DNA of 63,909 bases, filler included, from Hyphochytrium catenoides (Eukaryota > Protista > Hyphochytriomycota), in the NCBI GenBank assembly GCA_900088475.1. It is 11 parts of 11 records of this genome, joined end to end, with 100 filler letters (N's around TTAATTAATTAA, not from the genome) between each part and the next. Parts side by side here need not be neighbours in the genome. Positions count along the whole stretch, not along the records: positions 15,509 to 29,158 come from FLMG01002196.1; positions 29,259 to 40,301 come from FLMG01002997.1; 9 more parts are not named here. One strand, 5' to 3'. The position numbers were made by a program, and so were the translations under genes. Numbering within the stretch: position 1 is the stretch's first letter; every line of letters begins with the position of its first letter. This document shows, in pieces, positions 23,561 to 35,887 of the stretch. The notes under the pieces are model-generated. The model was not told where the DNA came from. It made no database searches and was given only the letters and a program-made list of their open reading frames with translations.

Positions 23561-23936
23561 AGAGAAGCAATAACCAGGAGCGAGAAGGGAGAGATAGACA
23601 GGAGAGAGACGGATATATACATACACACGGAGAGAGAGGAAGAATAGGGATTGGAGAAGAGAGAGAGAGCAAGACAGGAGAGTATGTAAGCGTTAGCGGT
23701 AAGTGCCTGCTTAATAAATGTATGGCTTAGCAACTTCAACTGCTGCCTCAAAGGCTCTTCTGATGCTTGGGAGGTTACAGAGCAGAGGATGATGATGGGT
23801 GGATGGGTGGGGAGGAAGATCGCGATACATTAAACCAGAGTGGATGGGCCATGGTTGACAGCCATCAGAACAAAGCGTTCCTCTTCCTGATGCAAGCTCT
23901 CTCTTCCCTTCCCAATTCTCTCTCTTTCTCTCTCTT

Positions 23937-23968
<32 letters not shown>

Positions 23969-24393
23969 TATCTTCCTCTCTCTCTCTCACTTTCTCCTTT
24001 TCTACCTCGTCTCAGCCTCGCCGAGTTTGAGAGGCTCTTGCGCTGTCTACTCCTTCCGCTTTCACCTCACTCCACGTCCTTCAGTCTCTCTTCTCTCTCT
24101 TTTGGCTCTTTTTTTCTTGTCCTTCTCGTCAGACTTCTCGCGCGCGCGCGCCGTACCGCAGCTGTTCAACGTGAAGAAGACGGAGATAGAGAAACGGTGT
24201 CGACATCATCTTTCCTCCTTTCACTTCTCAGCTCGCGGCGTTATCGCGTTCTTCATAATTAGGAAGAGGCAGCGGGAAAGAAGAGCTTTGAAAGCACTTT
24301 TGCCACTCCTTTCCCGGTCTCTTCTCAGTCTCTTCTCTTCTCTGTCATTGGAACTCTCTCTTCTCTGTTGACCTTATCACTTACCCAGGAAAG

Positions 24394-26729
24394 ATGAATA
24401 CATTGCAGAAGAAAGAGTTCTACTCTGTGATCATGGGTGGGTCCTTCCTGGCCTTCAACGCTGGGCTGACCAACGCTGTGGCCGTGGCGGGCATCTTTGG
24501 GACCACTGTCTCCCACGTCACAGGCACGGTCACCAGACTGGGAATAGAGTTTGGAAAGCTGGACTTTGGCCCAATAACTACTAGGTAGGGAAGATCCTCC
24601 TTTTCTCTCTCTCCCAGAAGGACTCTCTCTCTCTCTCTCTCCCAGAGACTCCCGCTCTCTCCCCAGAGGCTCTCTCAATCTCTCTGTCTAAGATATTCTC
24701 TCTCTCTCTCAAAGATTCTCTCTCTCTTCTTTCTTTCTTTCCTTTTCTCTCTGCTCTCTCTTTCTCGATAAACCGAAGACTTTCCTTAGGGCCTTTTCAC
24801 CATAGCATCCGTTTATTATCCTCTTCCCTTCTCTACACTTCCACGAATATCTCCCTCTCCTCTCTCTCAATTGCCTCTCTCAGAATGGTGCTGCTTCGCT
24901 TTTTTCTCAACGTTGAGGTTTTACCGCTTGTGTGCATCTCTCTCGTTCCCTCTCTCTTTCTCTCTCCCTTCGTTTAGTTTGGCTACTCCCAAGGCAAGGT
25001 CTCTCCCTCAGCTTTGAAGATCTCTTTTTGTCCCTTTGAAGTTGGCCAACAGTGCTTAAAAATGTACTTATTGCTCCTTTTTCTCCTCTTGACCAGGTTG
25101 TCACTTCTCTTCTGCTTTGGCTTTGGAAGCTTCATCTGCGCCCTGCTGATCGGAGACCAGAGATTCAAGCTCGGGAGAAGGTAAATCAGATGAAGAAGGA
25201 AGAAGAACACGCATCACGACAAAAAGCGAGAGGGAGACTTCGTGACGAAAGGAAGGGCCTCAATGGGAGAGAAAGAGTTCTCTCTCTCTCTCACCCTTCG
25301 CCATGTCTTCCACCCTGTTACTATACTGTTCCATCCACACGACGAGGTAACACTTCTCTTTTCTTCTGTCTTTTGCGTAGCTATGGCGTCGTCCTCGCAC
25401 TAGAAAGCTTTCTCTTCTTCTTGACCTACGTTCTGGTCCATATGGAGGTTGAGGGCGGTCAGTTCATCATCACCATGGCCTGCGGCGTACAGAACGCGAT
25501 GGCGTCGACTTACAGCGGCGCAGTGCTTCGAACGACACATATGACGGGCATCCTGACGGATATTGGCGTGCTACTCGCCGCGGCTGTCTCTTCGAAGGGG
25601 CAATCGCCGGATCTTTGGAAGCTGAAGGCACGTGACACTTACAACTTCTCTTTCTCTCTCTCTCTCTTTCCTCCTATCTCTCTGTTTCCAGTTCGTGGAG
25701 CGTTTGGCTCCGCACACAAAGACAACAGAAAACTTTCGCGCATCTCCCCTCATTGTCTCTTTCCTTTATCTTCCACAATGGTGCAAGAGCTCGTCCTCTT
25801 GCGCGGCGACTTCCAGCACCCAGAGCCACTTAGTTCCATATGGCGTGCCTCTTCTCTCCGTGCATTCTCTTTCACTGGCTCTTTTCAGCTATCCCATAAG
25901 AAGAGCCGTGCTCTCTTTCATCATATCTGAAGTTCATTCGCCATAACGCAGCTCTTGTCAACTTGCTCCCTCCCTTGTTTCACTAGGTGTTTCTACCTCT
26001 TCTGCTTTTCTTCACGCTCGGTGCAACTGCGGGCCAACTGGCTTGGAAGTATGGCGGTCGGCACGCTCTTCTCCTTCCCTGCGCTCTTATAGGCGCGCTA
26101 GGTGTCTGGTACTGGTCCAGTGACATCGTGGCTTCTGCGCGGCAGCTGCTTAAAGAAGCAGAACAAGAGGTAGAGACCCTCTATTGTTCTTCCCTTCTAT
26201 TCTCTTCCTTAACTGGACATGTCTTGTGCGTTAGCTCGTTCGTCGTTGTCCCTGTCTGCTCCTCAGCTCGTCCCACATCAGAAGAAGGTTCACATTTGTC
26301 TCTCTCTTCTCTCTCTCTCTTTTCTCTACTGCGTTAACTCCACACTCTACTTTCTAGACCAAAAGAAAGAGAAACAATCTTGCGAACCAGAAAGCGAAAG
26401 CCATGGCTTTCATTAGCAAGCATTTGAAGAAGCTCTCTTCTCCCAACAGCCCTAGTCTGCTTGAAGAGACGCGCCAGGCCACCACAGATTCATCTACCGT
26501 GGTAGGAGCTCAGGCTAAACCCTCGGCAACCCCAGTCACAGCGCCAACCAAGTTAGAAGCAGCAGTACCTTCTCCTCCAAATCCTACCTTTTCCATAGAC
26601 GAGGAAGACGCAGATATTGAGATTGTCGTCAAATCGCCGTCAGCAAGCTCCAAAGAGTCCAAGCAGAGCTCCAGCAATAGCTTTGTAGCCGTAGATCTTC
26701 CTGTTCCAACCACTCCCACAGCACTGTGA
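24394..26729 (+). CDS. DUF1275/YoaK-family membrane protein with disordered C-terminal tail
   Basis: LAFNAGLTNAVA...TVSHVTGTVTRLG, MACGVQNAMASTYSGAVLRTTHMTGILTDIG, LLFFTLGATAG; includes a GC-AG intron (25628-25986) and a possible 21-nt exon (26267-26287). Confidence 0.88.
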
Positions 26730-26979
26730 ATGAGTAAACAAGGAAAAGGATATAAACTAGGACTAGGAGATGTTTACGTTCAAACGAGAAATCAGCGCTT
26801 CATTTCTTTTCTTGCGGACAGGAGAACTTGTAAAACCTAACAGAAAGCTGACTGGCGCTCAAAGAAAGATATATTCAGAAGAGAGAGGCTGTGGCTCCTA
26901 TTGAAAAGCTAGCTCCGGAATGGACCAAACGGCCATCGGCCCACAGCAGGCTGGTGTCGAGCCTACAGCTATCCATCTA

Positions 26980-28334
26980 TCATCTATTAAATAAAAGATC
27001 CTTGACGACTTGGGTCGTTTGTCCTTGGCAAAGTTCTATTGACAGCTCCGCAGATGACTGGGATGGGTGGGAGAGCTGAGGATCTTCTGTGGAGGCTTTC
27101 CCTATGTAGGAGCTGGCAAAAGGAATGGGTGACGATCTACGTTCGTGGAACGAAGGTAGGAGACAGGTCAATTTACCCTAGTCGGCTAGCCCCATGAGAC
27201 AGTTGGGCATTGCTAGCTTCTAGCTTCTCGGATAGCACATTGATACGCTCGGCGAATCTGTCAGAGGAACATTTGTTCAGCGACCATCCAGAAATACGGT
27301 GACCCTGGTCTTCACCTCTCTCGATTTTCCTTCTCTAGCATAGGTGTAGAGCCAAGGGTCCGCATCCACAAGAACTTCTCGGATAATATGCCCACGAGCT
27401 TCGAGCCTAGTGAACTCATAAAGTACTCGGTCTTCAGCAGGTAATACCTGTGCGAAGATTGAGGTGCATTGTCAGTACACGGAGTGATCCTCAAGAGCAC
27501 TGGCCCATTGTCAACCTGTTCCAGACAGAGCCCCAGCGCTGAACTCTGGCTGAATCATCCACGACAATGCTGCCATCCGGTGTCTCATTTACTGGCGCTG
27601 TGAACTCAGGAGGATAGACTCTAAACGACTCCAAAATGGGCTGCCCCTTGGCCAAGGATCGGAGAGGGTCGACGACAATTGCGAGCCAAGGATTGCCGTG
27701 GCTGTCCTCCAGTCTTTGCCACTGTACATCAAGAACCCATAGCATCGCCATTCAGTAAACGTCCAATGACAAATCACTGAGTAACGGGAAGGAGTTAGTG
27801 GCTTACCTGGAGCTGCGTGGTAATATCAGTCGAGGACAAAAAGCATTGACTGTGGACTGTGACATCAAAAGGATGACTATGGTACCATCCCATAATGCGC
27901 TCTTGCCGTGATAGTTCCAACGATTCACCAAGCTTGATCATATAGTTGATGACATGCTGATCGTCAGCCACGACGCGAGTCTCAAAACCTTCCACAGGCA
28001 GTGGGAATGCGTCAGTGACAACCAAGGAATCCGGAGACTCAGTATCTGGTCTGCCCAGGAGCAGTCCCATCACCTCAATGGGCTTTCCACCTGGGTTGTT
28101 AACAAGATCTTTAGCATGGGGAGTGAGAGCGAGTACTTGCTAGCGCAATTGTATCTTGCCTTGTCTAATCCCCTTCTCCACGCCGCTCTGCGAGTGAGTC
28201 AGCATTTTCAAAACTGCTGTGGGAGACAGCTTTACTCGCTTAAAGTAGCGTGGATCTTGGAGCCATGGCTTGCTGTCTCGGATCTCTTGAAGCTTACGCT
28301 CATCAAAAGTGTAAAGTGCGTCTCTTGGATCCAT
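26980..28334 (-). CDS. CSN5: COP9 signalosome subunit 5 (JAMM deneddylase), 6 exons with compact introns
   Basis: KPWLQDPRYFKRVKLSPTAVLKMLTH, IEVMGLLLG, DAFPLPVEGFETRV, JAMM motif GWYHSHP...FLSSTDI, AIVVDPLRS, YYLLKTEYFMSSL. Confidence 0.95.
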
Positions 28335-29258
28335 TGCCCTCAGGCTACGGCTTTCTTCCTGTTAGATGTCGCTTGAAACCTGCCTACCGCTAACAAACAA
28401 CTGATAAACGTTACACTTGCCGATCGACCGTGCGCCAACCTATGGCTGGGTCTTCAGATAGACGACGCGAAATGATGGTCCTAAAGGCAGGAGAAAAAGA
28501 GATATAGAGACTCTCAGGGCAGATCTGCAGATGCAGAGAAGTATGAGTAGTTGCGGCGCGATTTCTGAAGATTTCTGCCTTTTGAGGAAAGCTCCGAAAA
28601 TGGATTTGGGCAGTTCAGAAGATCATTGAGATGCAATTTCGGGAGCGCACGAAATAACCATTCCAATTGACCCCTATTATCAGTTTTAGCCGCTAATAGA
28701 ACTACATATTAAAATATCTTGATGTGACCCTTGAAGAGAGGCTTGCGTGGCTAAGAGTGTTCTTATTGGTTTCTTTTACGGTTCGCAAATCTAATTGCGA
28801 GACAGAGTTTGCATGCTGGAGCTTCAGATTACGATTTCCTGAGCTTGGTAGATAGATCTTAGGGCACGCAATAGCACTTGGTTGGGGCCGTTGTAAGATA
28901 GCTATTGTCTGTTGGGGTTGGAGGACTAGTCGTGAGGACAATTAGTGGTTTTGATTTGATCAAGCGGGGTCCGGGAGGCAATCAGTTCGTAGTAGCTTCC
29001 GGCCTGTCGGGGCTTGAGGGCTGATGTATTGCGATGATTCCTCTTTCAAACCGCTGAATTAGTGCTAGTCTATGAGTCTTGAGACTTGCAGCTGTACGTC
29101 ATTGTGGAGCATGAGTAGACAATGATCAGATCGTTAGCCCGGCTGCATCTCTTTGACANNNNNNNNNNNNNNNNNNNNNNNNNNNNNNNNNNNNNNNNNN
29201 NNTTAATTAATTAANNNNNNNNNNNNNNNNNNNNNNNNNNNNNNNNNNNNNNNNNNNN

Positions 29259-32200
29259 CCACCAAGAGTTGAGTGACGAGCTCCTTATCTGCCCGAGGAA
29301 TGCAAATCCTGTCGGCTCCGCTTCCTTCTCGGAGGGCCAGAATTAAGCACGTGTTAGGGCATAACGCGAAGCGCTTGAGTCGGGCTGGAGTGACTTTAGT
29401 TTTCCTTCCAGGGTTCTTTAGCGCCGTCCAAAGCTCCTTTAAGTACCCGTCCTGCTCGTTACCCTTCATTATCCGTTCGCATAGGTCGTCTGCCACCTTC
29501 ACACCCGCTTCCGAGTAGGTAACTCCTACAGTGTTAAGCTCTAGCGCTGTTAAATGATGGTCTGGTCTCCTGCTGAGGGCATCGGCTACCACGTTGAGAG
29601 CCCCCGGAATGTACTTCAGGGTCATACCGTAAGTGAGGAGAATGTCTAACCTCTTCGCTTGGCGGCGATTGAGCGTCGACTGAGACAGGAGGAAGGTGAG
29701 AGAATGGTGATCCGTCCACATCTGGAAGTGCTTGTAAGATAACAGGTGGGACCACTCCTCTAGGCAATACATGATCGCCAGCAACTCCTTGTCATACACT
29801 GAGTAATTTACCTCGTTTGGGTGGAGCTCTCTGGAAGCGAAGGCTATTGGTTGGGGACCGTCTCCTAAGTCCTGCATAATCACTCCTCCGATTGCAAAGT
29901 CGGAGGCGTCCGTGGCCACAATGAACTCGGCGTTGGGGTCTGGGATGAGCAAGACTGGGCCTTCACCATAGCCGTCTTCAGGGCTTTAAAGGCTGCATCA
30001 GCAGACGCCGTCCACTTGAAGCTTTTCCTGAACTCTTCCGCCGTCAGATCAATGAAAGGGAGTGCTATTTCTGCGTAGCGTGCGATAAACTTCCTATAGA
30101 AGCCTGTCAAGCCTAGGAACATCTTTACCTCTTTCACAGAGTTGGGCGTTGGCCAGTCCACCATCGACTTGATCTTAGCCGGGTCAGACATCACCTTCCC
30201 GCCACCAATGACGAAGCCCAGGAACTTCAGCTCTGATCGAAAGAACCTGCACTTGTCTCTGGCACAGTAAAGCTTGTGGTCGCTCAATCCTTGAAGAATC
30301 AACTCCAGGTGGCGTTGATGCTCTTCGCGTGATTGAGAGAACACGAAGATATCGTCCAGGTAGATGAAGCATATCTTGCCGATGTAATCTCCCAGAACAT
30401 CATACATGATACGATTGAAGATGGCAGGGGCAGACTTCAGACCCATAGGCATGACCCGAGCCATTCGTGCGAGCCGAACAGAGGTGTGTTTAACGCCGTT
30501 TTATCGCACGTCTGGCTCCGCTACTCGCACCTGATAGTATCCCTTGGTCAGATCAATGCTGCTTGAAAACCTTGTTCCCATGAAGCTTGGAGACAATGGC
30601 ATCGAAGGATGGCAAGGCAAAGTTAAACTTCTGGCTGACTTGATTCAGCGCTCGGTAGTCCACGCAGAAGCGGAACTTGCCGTTCTGTCTCACCATCAGC
30701 ACTGGAGCGCCATAGGGCGAGAGAGAGGGCCTGATCATGCCCTTCGCCGTTAGCTCCTTCAACGTCTTTCGTAGAGCCTCCAATTCTTCGGGTCCAAGCT
30801 TGTATGCAGGGCGGAGAGGTGGCTTTGATCCGGGAGTGATGGGGATGATACAATCAACCACTCGCTCCTTAGGTAGCTCTGGTGGCAGGGGTCCTTCGGG
30901 GAAGAGGTGAGAGTACTTAGCGTACAGAGCCGCCGCCTCTTTAGGCGCCTCATATGGCAAGCTGTCTGGAAAGAGCTCCTTAAACTTAGCCATCACTTCC
31001 TTCGCTTCAGGAGAGTGTAATCCTCTGTTACTCTTGCATCCTCCTCATCGGGGCGCATGGACAAAAGAAATAGGTCCGGCTCCTCACCGCGGTCCAGCAG
31101 ATTACTCAGCTGAGTGAAGGACATCACATTGTTAGAGTCGTAGAGGTCACCCCTTGTACCGTGCGTCCCTTGATCTTGAGTGATTTTCCTGCACAGTCTA
31201 AAGTAACACCATTATCCTCCAGCCAATTTATGCCCAGTATGATCGGGAAAGAGGTCTTCACGGCTACCGCGAATGTAGTACGAGATCTACAATGCTTGCT
31301 GCCTGGAGCGCCTCCCACTCGGAAGTGTACTGAGACTTCAGCCTCGGACCGCTGGTCAAGCGTAAAAGTCTCACCAGAACCTACCATCGCTCTCCTTGGC
31401 GGCACCTTCTCCACTGGTATCGAGAACAACCTTGCTGTCTCCGCGTCCATGTAGCTAGTTGAGCTCCCAGAGTCCACCATAGCTAGGTGCTTCCGCCCGT
31501 GGAGCTGGACTGTGATGAAGAGCAGCTCCCTAGAGTCGAAAGGTAATCCCGCAGAGGAACTAGATGGTAGAGCATTAAACCATTGGTCCTCGGCTGTAGG
31601 CCCTTCTGTCATAATCTCTGGTTCCGCTGTCCCGTCGCTATCCTGCTCGTTGATCGTGTTGAGAAGGAGTTTGACCTCCTTCTCCCTAAAGAATGCTTTC
31701 CCATCGGCGATGGTGATTGCATCTCCTTCTATAAGCTCTAGCTCCCTAGCAGGGTCCGTGTCCCTGTCGTCAGCAGAAGTGCTTGGTGAATCCACGATCG
31801 TCACCTCTGTAGAGAAAGAGACTTGTTTTTCAGCTAACTGCACAGCTGCACCCCCAGGGTCGAAGGGAGTTGAAGCTCGTGTACCATCGGGGCTCCCATC
31901 TCCTGTCCCGATGGCACGGGGGCTTCATTGCTTGGCCGGACGGCCTCCTCTCGGAGACTTCTTCCAGGCGGCAGCGCGCTACTTCCACGCCGCCCAATAG
32001 TCTGCGTCGCCCGCATCCCTAAGAATTTTATTAGGACAGTCGTCGGCGTCGGCTCGATGCCCCGGCTTTCTACAACCAAAGCACAAGGGGACGTTGGGGT
32101 TCTGAGGGCGACCTGAGCCGTCACCAGCCCGGTGTCCTCCCAAAAGCCTCCTCACTGTTTTTCTGGCTCAACTCCATTGAATGGAGCGCATTGAGGTGAT

Positions 32201-34162
32201 GGGTGGCGTTTGGCGAGGGAGTCTCGCTCGCGCCACGACTTTTGCCTCCTCTTCCATAGGCTTGGAAGTGTACCTCCTCCAAGTCGTAGAGACGGTCTAA
32301 CATGTCATCCACAGACTTGAAGTTGTGAAACTCTACCTGAGTCTTCTCATAGATATGAGGGACTCCGATGAGTGAGGTCGTAAAGACGCTGCATTAGCAC
32401 CTCCTCCTTCATGCTGAAGCAATTGAGACGCACATTGTCGGACTCCTTGAGGTACCGTTCGACATTTTCGTCCCTTTTGCAAGGCTGCATCAGGGAGAGT
32501 TGTCGGCGGGATCTCTCTTCGAGGAGATGACACTTGTGCTTCTTCAGCCTTGCCTTCGCAAGTTCACTCCAAGTTGCATGCGCCCGGTTGCCCTTTTCGC
32601 CCGTGACTGCAGCCACGCTGAAGCCCGGATTCCGCCTTGTCTATGAGATGGGGCTGGTGTCTAAGGTGGCTAGACGAGGGCGTGGAGATGGGGATTACGC
32701 CCTCGTCTGGTTCCGAAGTTGCATCACTCTGAGGGTCTGCCTCGTCCAGGGTGGACAAGCCCATGCCTGTGATTAAGCGCTCCAACTTCACTGCACTGTG
32801 CGGGGCAGCAAACCGCGAACGCTCATCCTCATCTGCAAACACGTGCTGCTTCTTCGGAGCTGCAGCAGGTGTAAAAAATCCTCCCAACTTGCGCGGTTGG
32901 ATCCTTGTGTCATCACCTTCCCTACCTTCTCGGCCGGAGTCGACAAGACCAGCGGGGTCTTTGCCGTGGCGGGGACATTGAACGTGCTGTCCTCGCTCTC
33001 GCTCTTCTGCTTGTCCGCGACAATGAGAGACTTGAGATCCTCAAGATGGGCAGTAATCGCCTGAAGTTGGTCCTGAAGACCGCTCAAGATCATAGCCAGA
33101 GTCTTACCCTGACTTCCAATTGAACAACCTGATGCTCCAGAGCCGTCACCTGGCCAGCGCTGACAACCGACTGCGTCTTAGCCGGCGGAGGCGCGGACGA
33201 GGGCTGCGATGGGTTCAAACGGAATGCGTGCAGAAAAGTGGTTTCGCAATGGAAACCGAAGAGCTCGGAAGAGATATATAACCACAAGACCGAGGTTGTT
33301 AATCAGCTACCATGTAAGATGTGAGTCTGCTGCAGGTCTCGAGAGAATGAGAGAAGATGGTGCTCTGTCGTACCTTGGCTGGCCAGGCCTCAGTTCAGAC
33401 AAGCACCACGCAGAGGAAGAATTCGCGGGAACACACGCAAGTAGCAAAGGGTCTTCTACTCCAGAAGAAGCTCATTAACTCTAGATATAGAGGATAAGAG
33501 GGAGTTTCCCTTACGGGAGAGTCAGTCGACCTGAGAAATGCAAACATAAAGGAGTAACATGCAAGAGAAGTAGTGTCAACAGGCTACTCTAATAACATGG
33601 GAAGAGAAAGGGGGAAGAAAGGGAAAGGAAGAGAGCATCCTTCGTCAGAGCCATTCGTTGCCGACTCTAGTCGGGCCCGCCTTGAGAGTACTCTCAGACA
33701 AGAGAGGTCACGTCCCATACACCGGCCGATCCGTGTCCAGTGCGCAATCAAGTGATTAGCAGCCGTCAGAGGAGATACACAGATAAACAAGGTCAGACAA
33801 GAATGGAGAGCTACTGGGAGTTAGCAGCCTAATACATTCGGTCTCCACCTCGACAAGCTTGGAACAATATTCCCATGGCTCGCTTCACGGCAAGTAGGAG
33901 AGAAGTTTGGATGAAGAATGCTAGGAAATAGAGATAAAGCACTAACCGAGACGGGAATAAGAGCTTGAAAGAGAGTATCCAGTGACCCAGAGGCTTCCTT
34001 TCCTCCAGCGAGCCGCGCAGGGTTGGGCCGAATCAAGGCAAAATGTCCGACACCGACACATTGGAGTTTGACAATCCGTCGCCTTCCGGAAATACAGCTA
34101 ACCAATCCTTGTCAAGAGGTGTTGATGATAGTTTGTGGTTCCGACTCTCCGCCTTCTTGACA
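29259..34162 (-). mobile_element. Ty3/Gypsy LTR retrotransposon (5' LTR, gag, PR, RT, RNase H; integrase cut by contig end), frameshifted
   Basis: Zinc knuckle CFGCRKPGHRADADDC (~32040-32085), protease AMVDSGSS, RT (SPYGAPVLMV, RFCVDYRALN, MPMGLKSAP, YLDD), RNase H (VATDASDFAIGGV, KELLAI, NVVADALSR); PR-RT-RH order; several frame changes. Confidence 0.93.
33301..34162 (-). repeat. Putative 5' LTR (TGTCAAGA...TCTTACA, 34162-33313) followed by primer-binding site TGGTAGCTGATT
   Basis: LTR-like CA end directly abutting TGGTAGC (Met-tRNA-type PBS) just upstream of gag; outer boundary inferred only from imperfect terminal inverted repeat. Confidence 0.55.
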
Positions 34163-34832
34163 ATCAATGAATTGATGGGCCGCTGCGCTTTGTTTGCCTC
34201 ATATTAGGCAACTTGCAAGACTCTTGCTGAGCAGGGTGGGGATGAAGAGATGGAGACAGCTGCCTTTCTGACCAACAACGATAAGTTAGCTCTATAGGAT
34301 CTACAACCATGACAGTATATTACAGTAGCCTCCTTCACTTTTTCTAAGTTGCTGCGAGACAGTCCTGCACTGAAGTTTTCTGGAGACTGTGCTTTGCAGC
34401 AGATGGTGCCATTGCCTTCATCTCCCGCTCAATGCTGGCAATGATGTCGCGCGTGAACATATATATGAGATTGTTCCTGGTTTGATCTGCTGGAGACAAA
34501 CAGTGGTGACCATCAGCCACATCTTCTCATGATATTCTAACAAAAGCGAGGGTTACCGAGATGATGGGGATCACAATGGTCTTTCCAGAAGTGTAGGTCG
34601 AGACAGTCTCTTCTAACCCTCACGCTTAGGAAGGCATCAACTTTGTCATCTCCCCCATAGATCCTGACAAAATACATGAGGAGCAAGCTAAGTTTTAAGT
34701 CGTTGCAGCAAGTTTAGCCAGACTCACCTAAAAGAATTAGTATCGGACGCTACTATGATCTCATTGGGCTGGTGACTAGGCGTGAAGCTAGGTTAAAAAC
34801 AACCTAGCCCTGCTAGCCGGCAGGGCTCAACC

Positions 34833-35887
34833 TTACCCTGGAAACTCCACAGTCAGCAGTTTATTTGAATGAAAGGCCATGCACCCATGATGTACCACAT
34901 GGTCACCGATCGCCATGCTTAGGCAAAGATATCTTCTATCCTGTGGTTCTAGTCGTAAACAAGATGGAAAGGCGTCGTCAGTAGTGGCACTTTGAACACG
35001 GGTTTCTCCCTTACCTTTTGCGGTCTTGTTTCCTCTCGCAAGGATATGGGAAAATTCTGATCCTTCAAGACGGCATCTCGCAGCAGCATGGGCTTCTTCT
35101 AAGTTAATTCTCTTGGACAGCTGCTGCTCCTGCCTCTTCTCCATCTCTACCAAGGTTTCTACCTTATTCTTTATGCTCTTGGTCATCTCCAAACACGCAT
35201 GGCGCCGAAGAGGCTTAGTTAGGTCCTTCAACCTATCACGCAACGCCATAACTTCAACTTGCAGCGACGTCAGTATCTCTTGTTGCTTTTCTGCGGCGTC
35301 GTGCAGATACCCTGTGCGCAGCATCGGTTGAAGTCTCATGCGAACCTTTTCTGGCAGCCTCTGACAGACCTTAAGATGGTCGTCAAGCAGGTAGCAGGGC
35401 CCCGACCACTGACAGGATGCCTCTAGCATTAAACAAACTATGACCTCATTAGGGCAGTCTTCACCAAGATGACGCTCGAGTGCCCGAAGCACAATGAGCG
35501 ACCCACAGTCATTATTCGGGCACAAGGTGGGGCATGACGCCACATGACCTTGGAGGTCCCTTCGCGGCATCCTGCAGCCACAGCCCTCCTTGGGACAAAT
35601 AACGATCAGCTGGTTTAGTTGATCGTAGAATATAGGTGGTGCTCGAGCCAGACGGTCATGGCCACCAGTAGGGAGCTGACAAAGCGGACATCGCGGTCTC
35701 GTCTGAATCCATTTGACAATACAATCACGGCAGTAGCAATGACCACAGCCAGGAAGAAGGGCCGGGTCCACCATTGGAGAGATGCATATCCGCAGATGAG
35801 GTGCCCCGAATCACCAGAAGAGGACAGGATGTCGTCTATGTAATTGTAGGTCAAGTTTGTGGAACAAGGTTCCCGCTGAGCCATCAT
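34833..35887 (-). pseudogene. RING (C3HC4) + TRAF-type zinc finger + coiled-coil E3 ligase gene with 1-nt frameshift in the RING
   Basis: HLICG/ICISPMVDPALLPGCGHCYCRDCIVKWIQTRPRCPLC split by frameshift near 35790; TRAF-like CPKEGC...GHVASC, CPNNDC...RHLGEDCP, CQWSG...DHLKVC. Confidence 0.75.

Noticed and set aside
28334-29952. CSN5 adjacent to the Gypsy element, and other cross-linker gene clusters
   Set aside because: Separated by contig linkers; order is arbitrary
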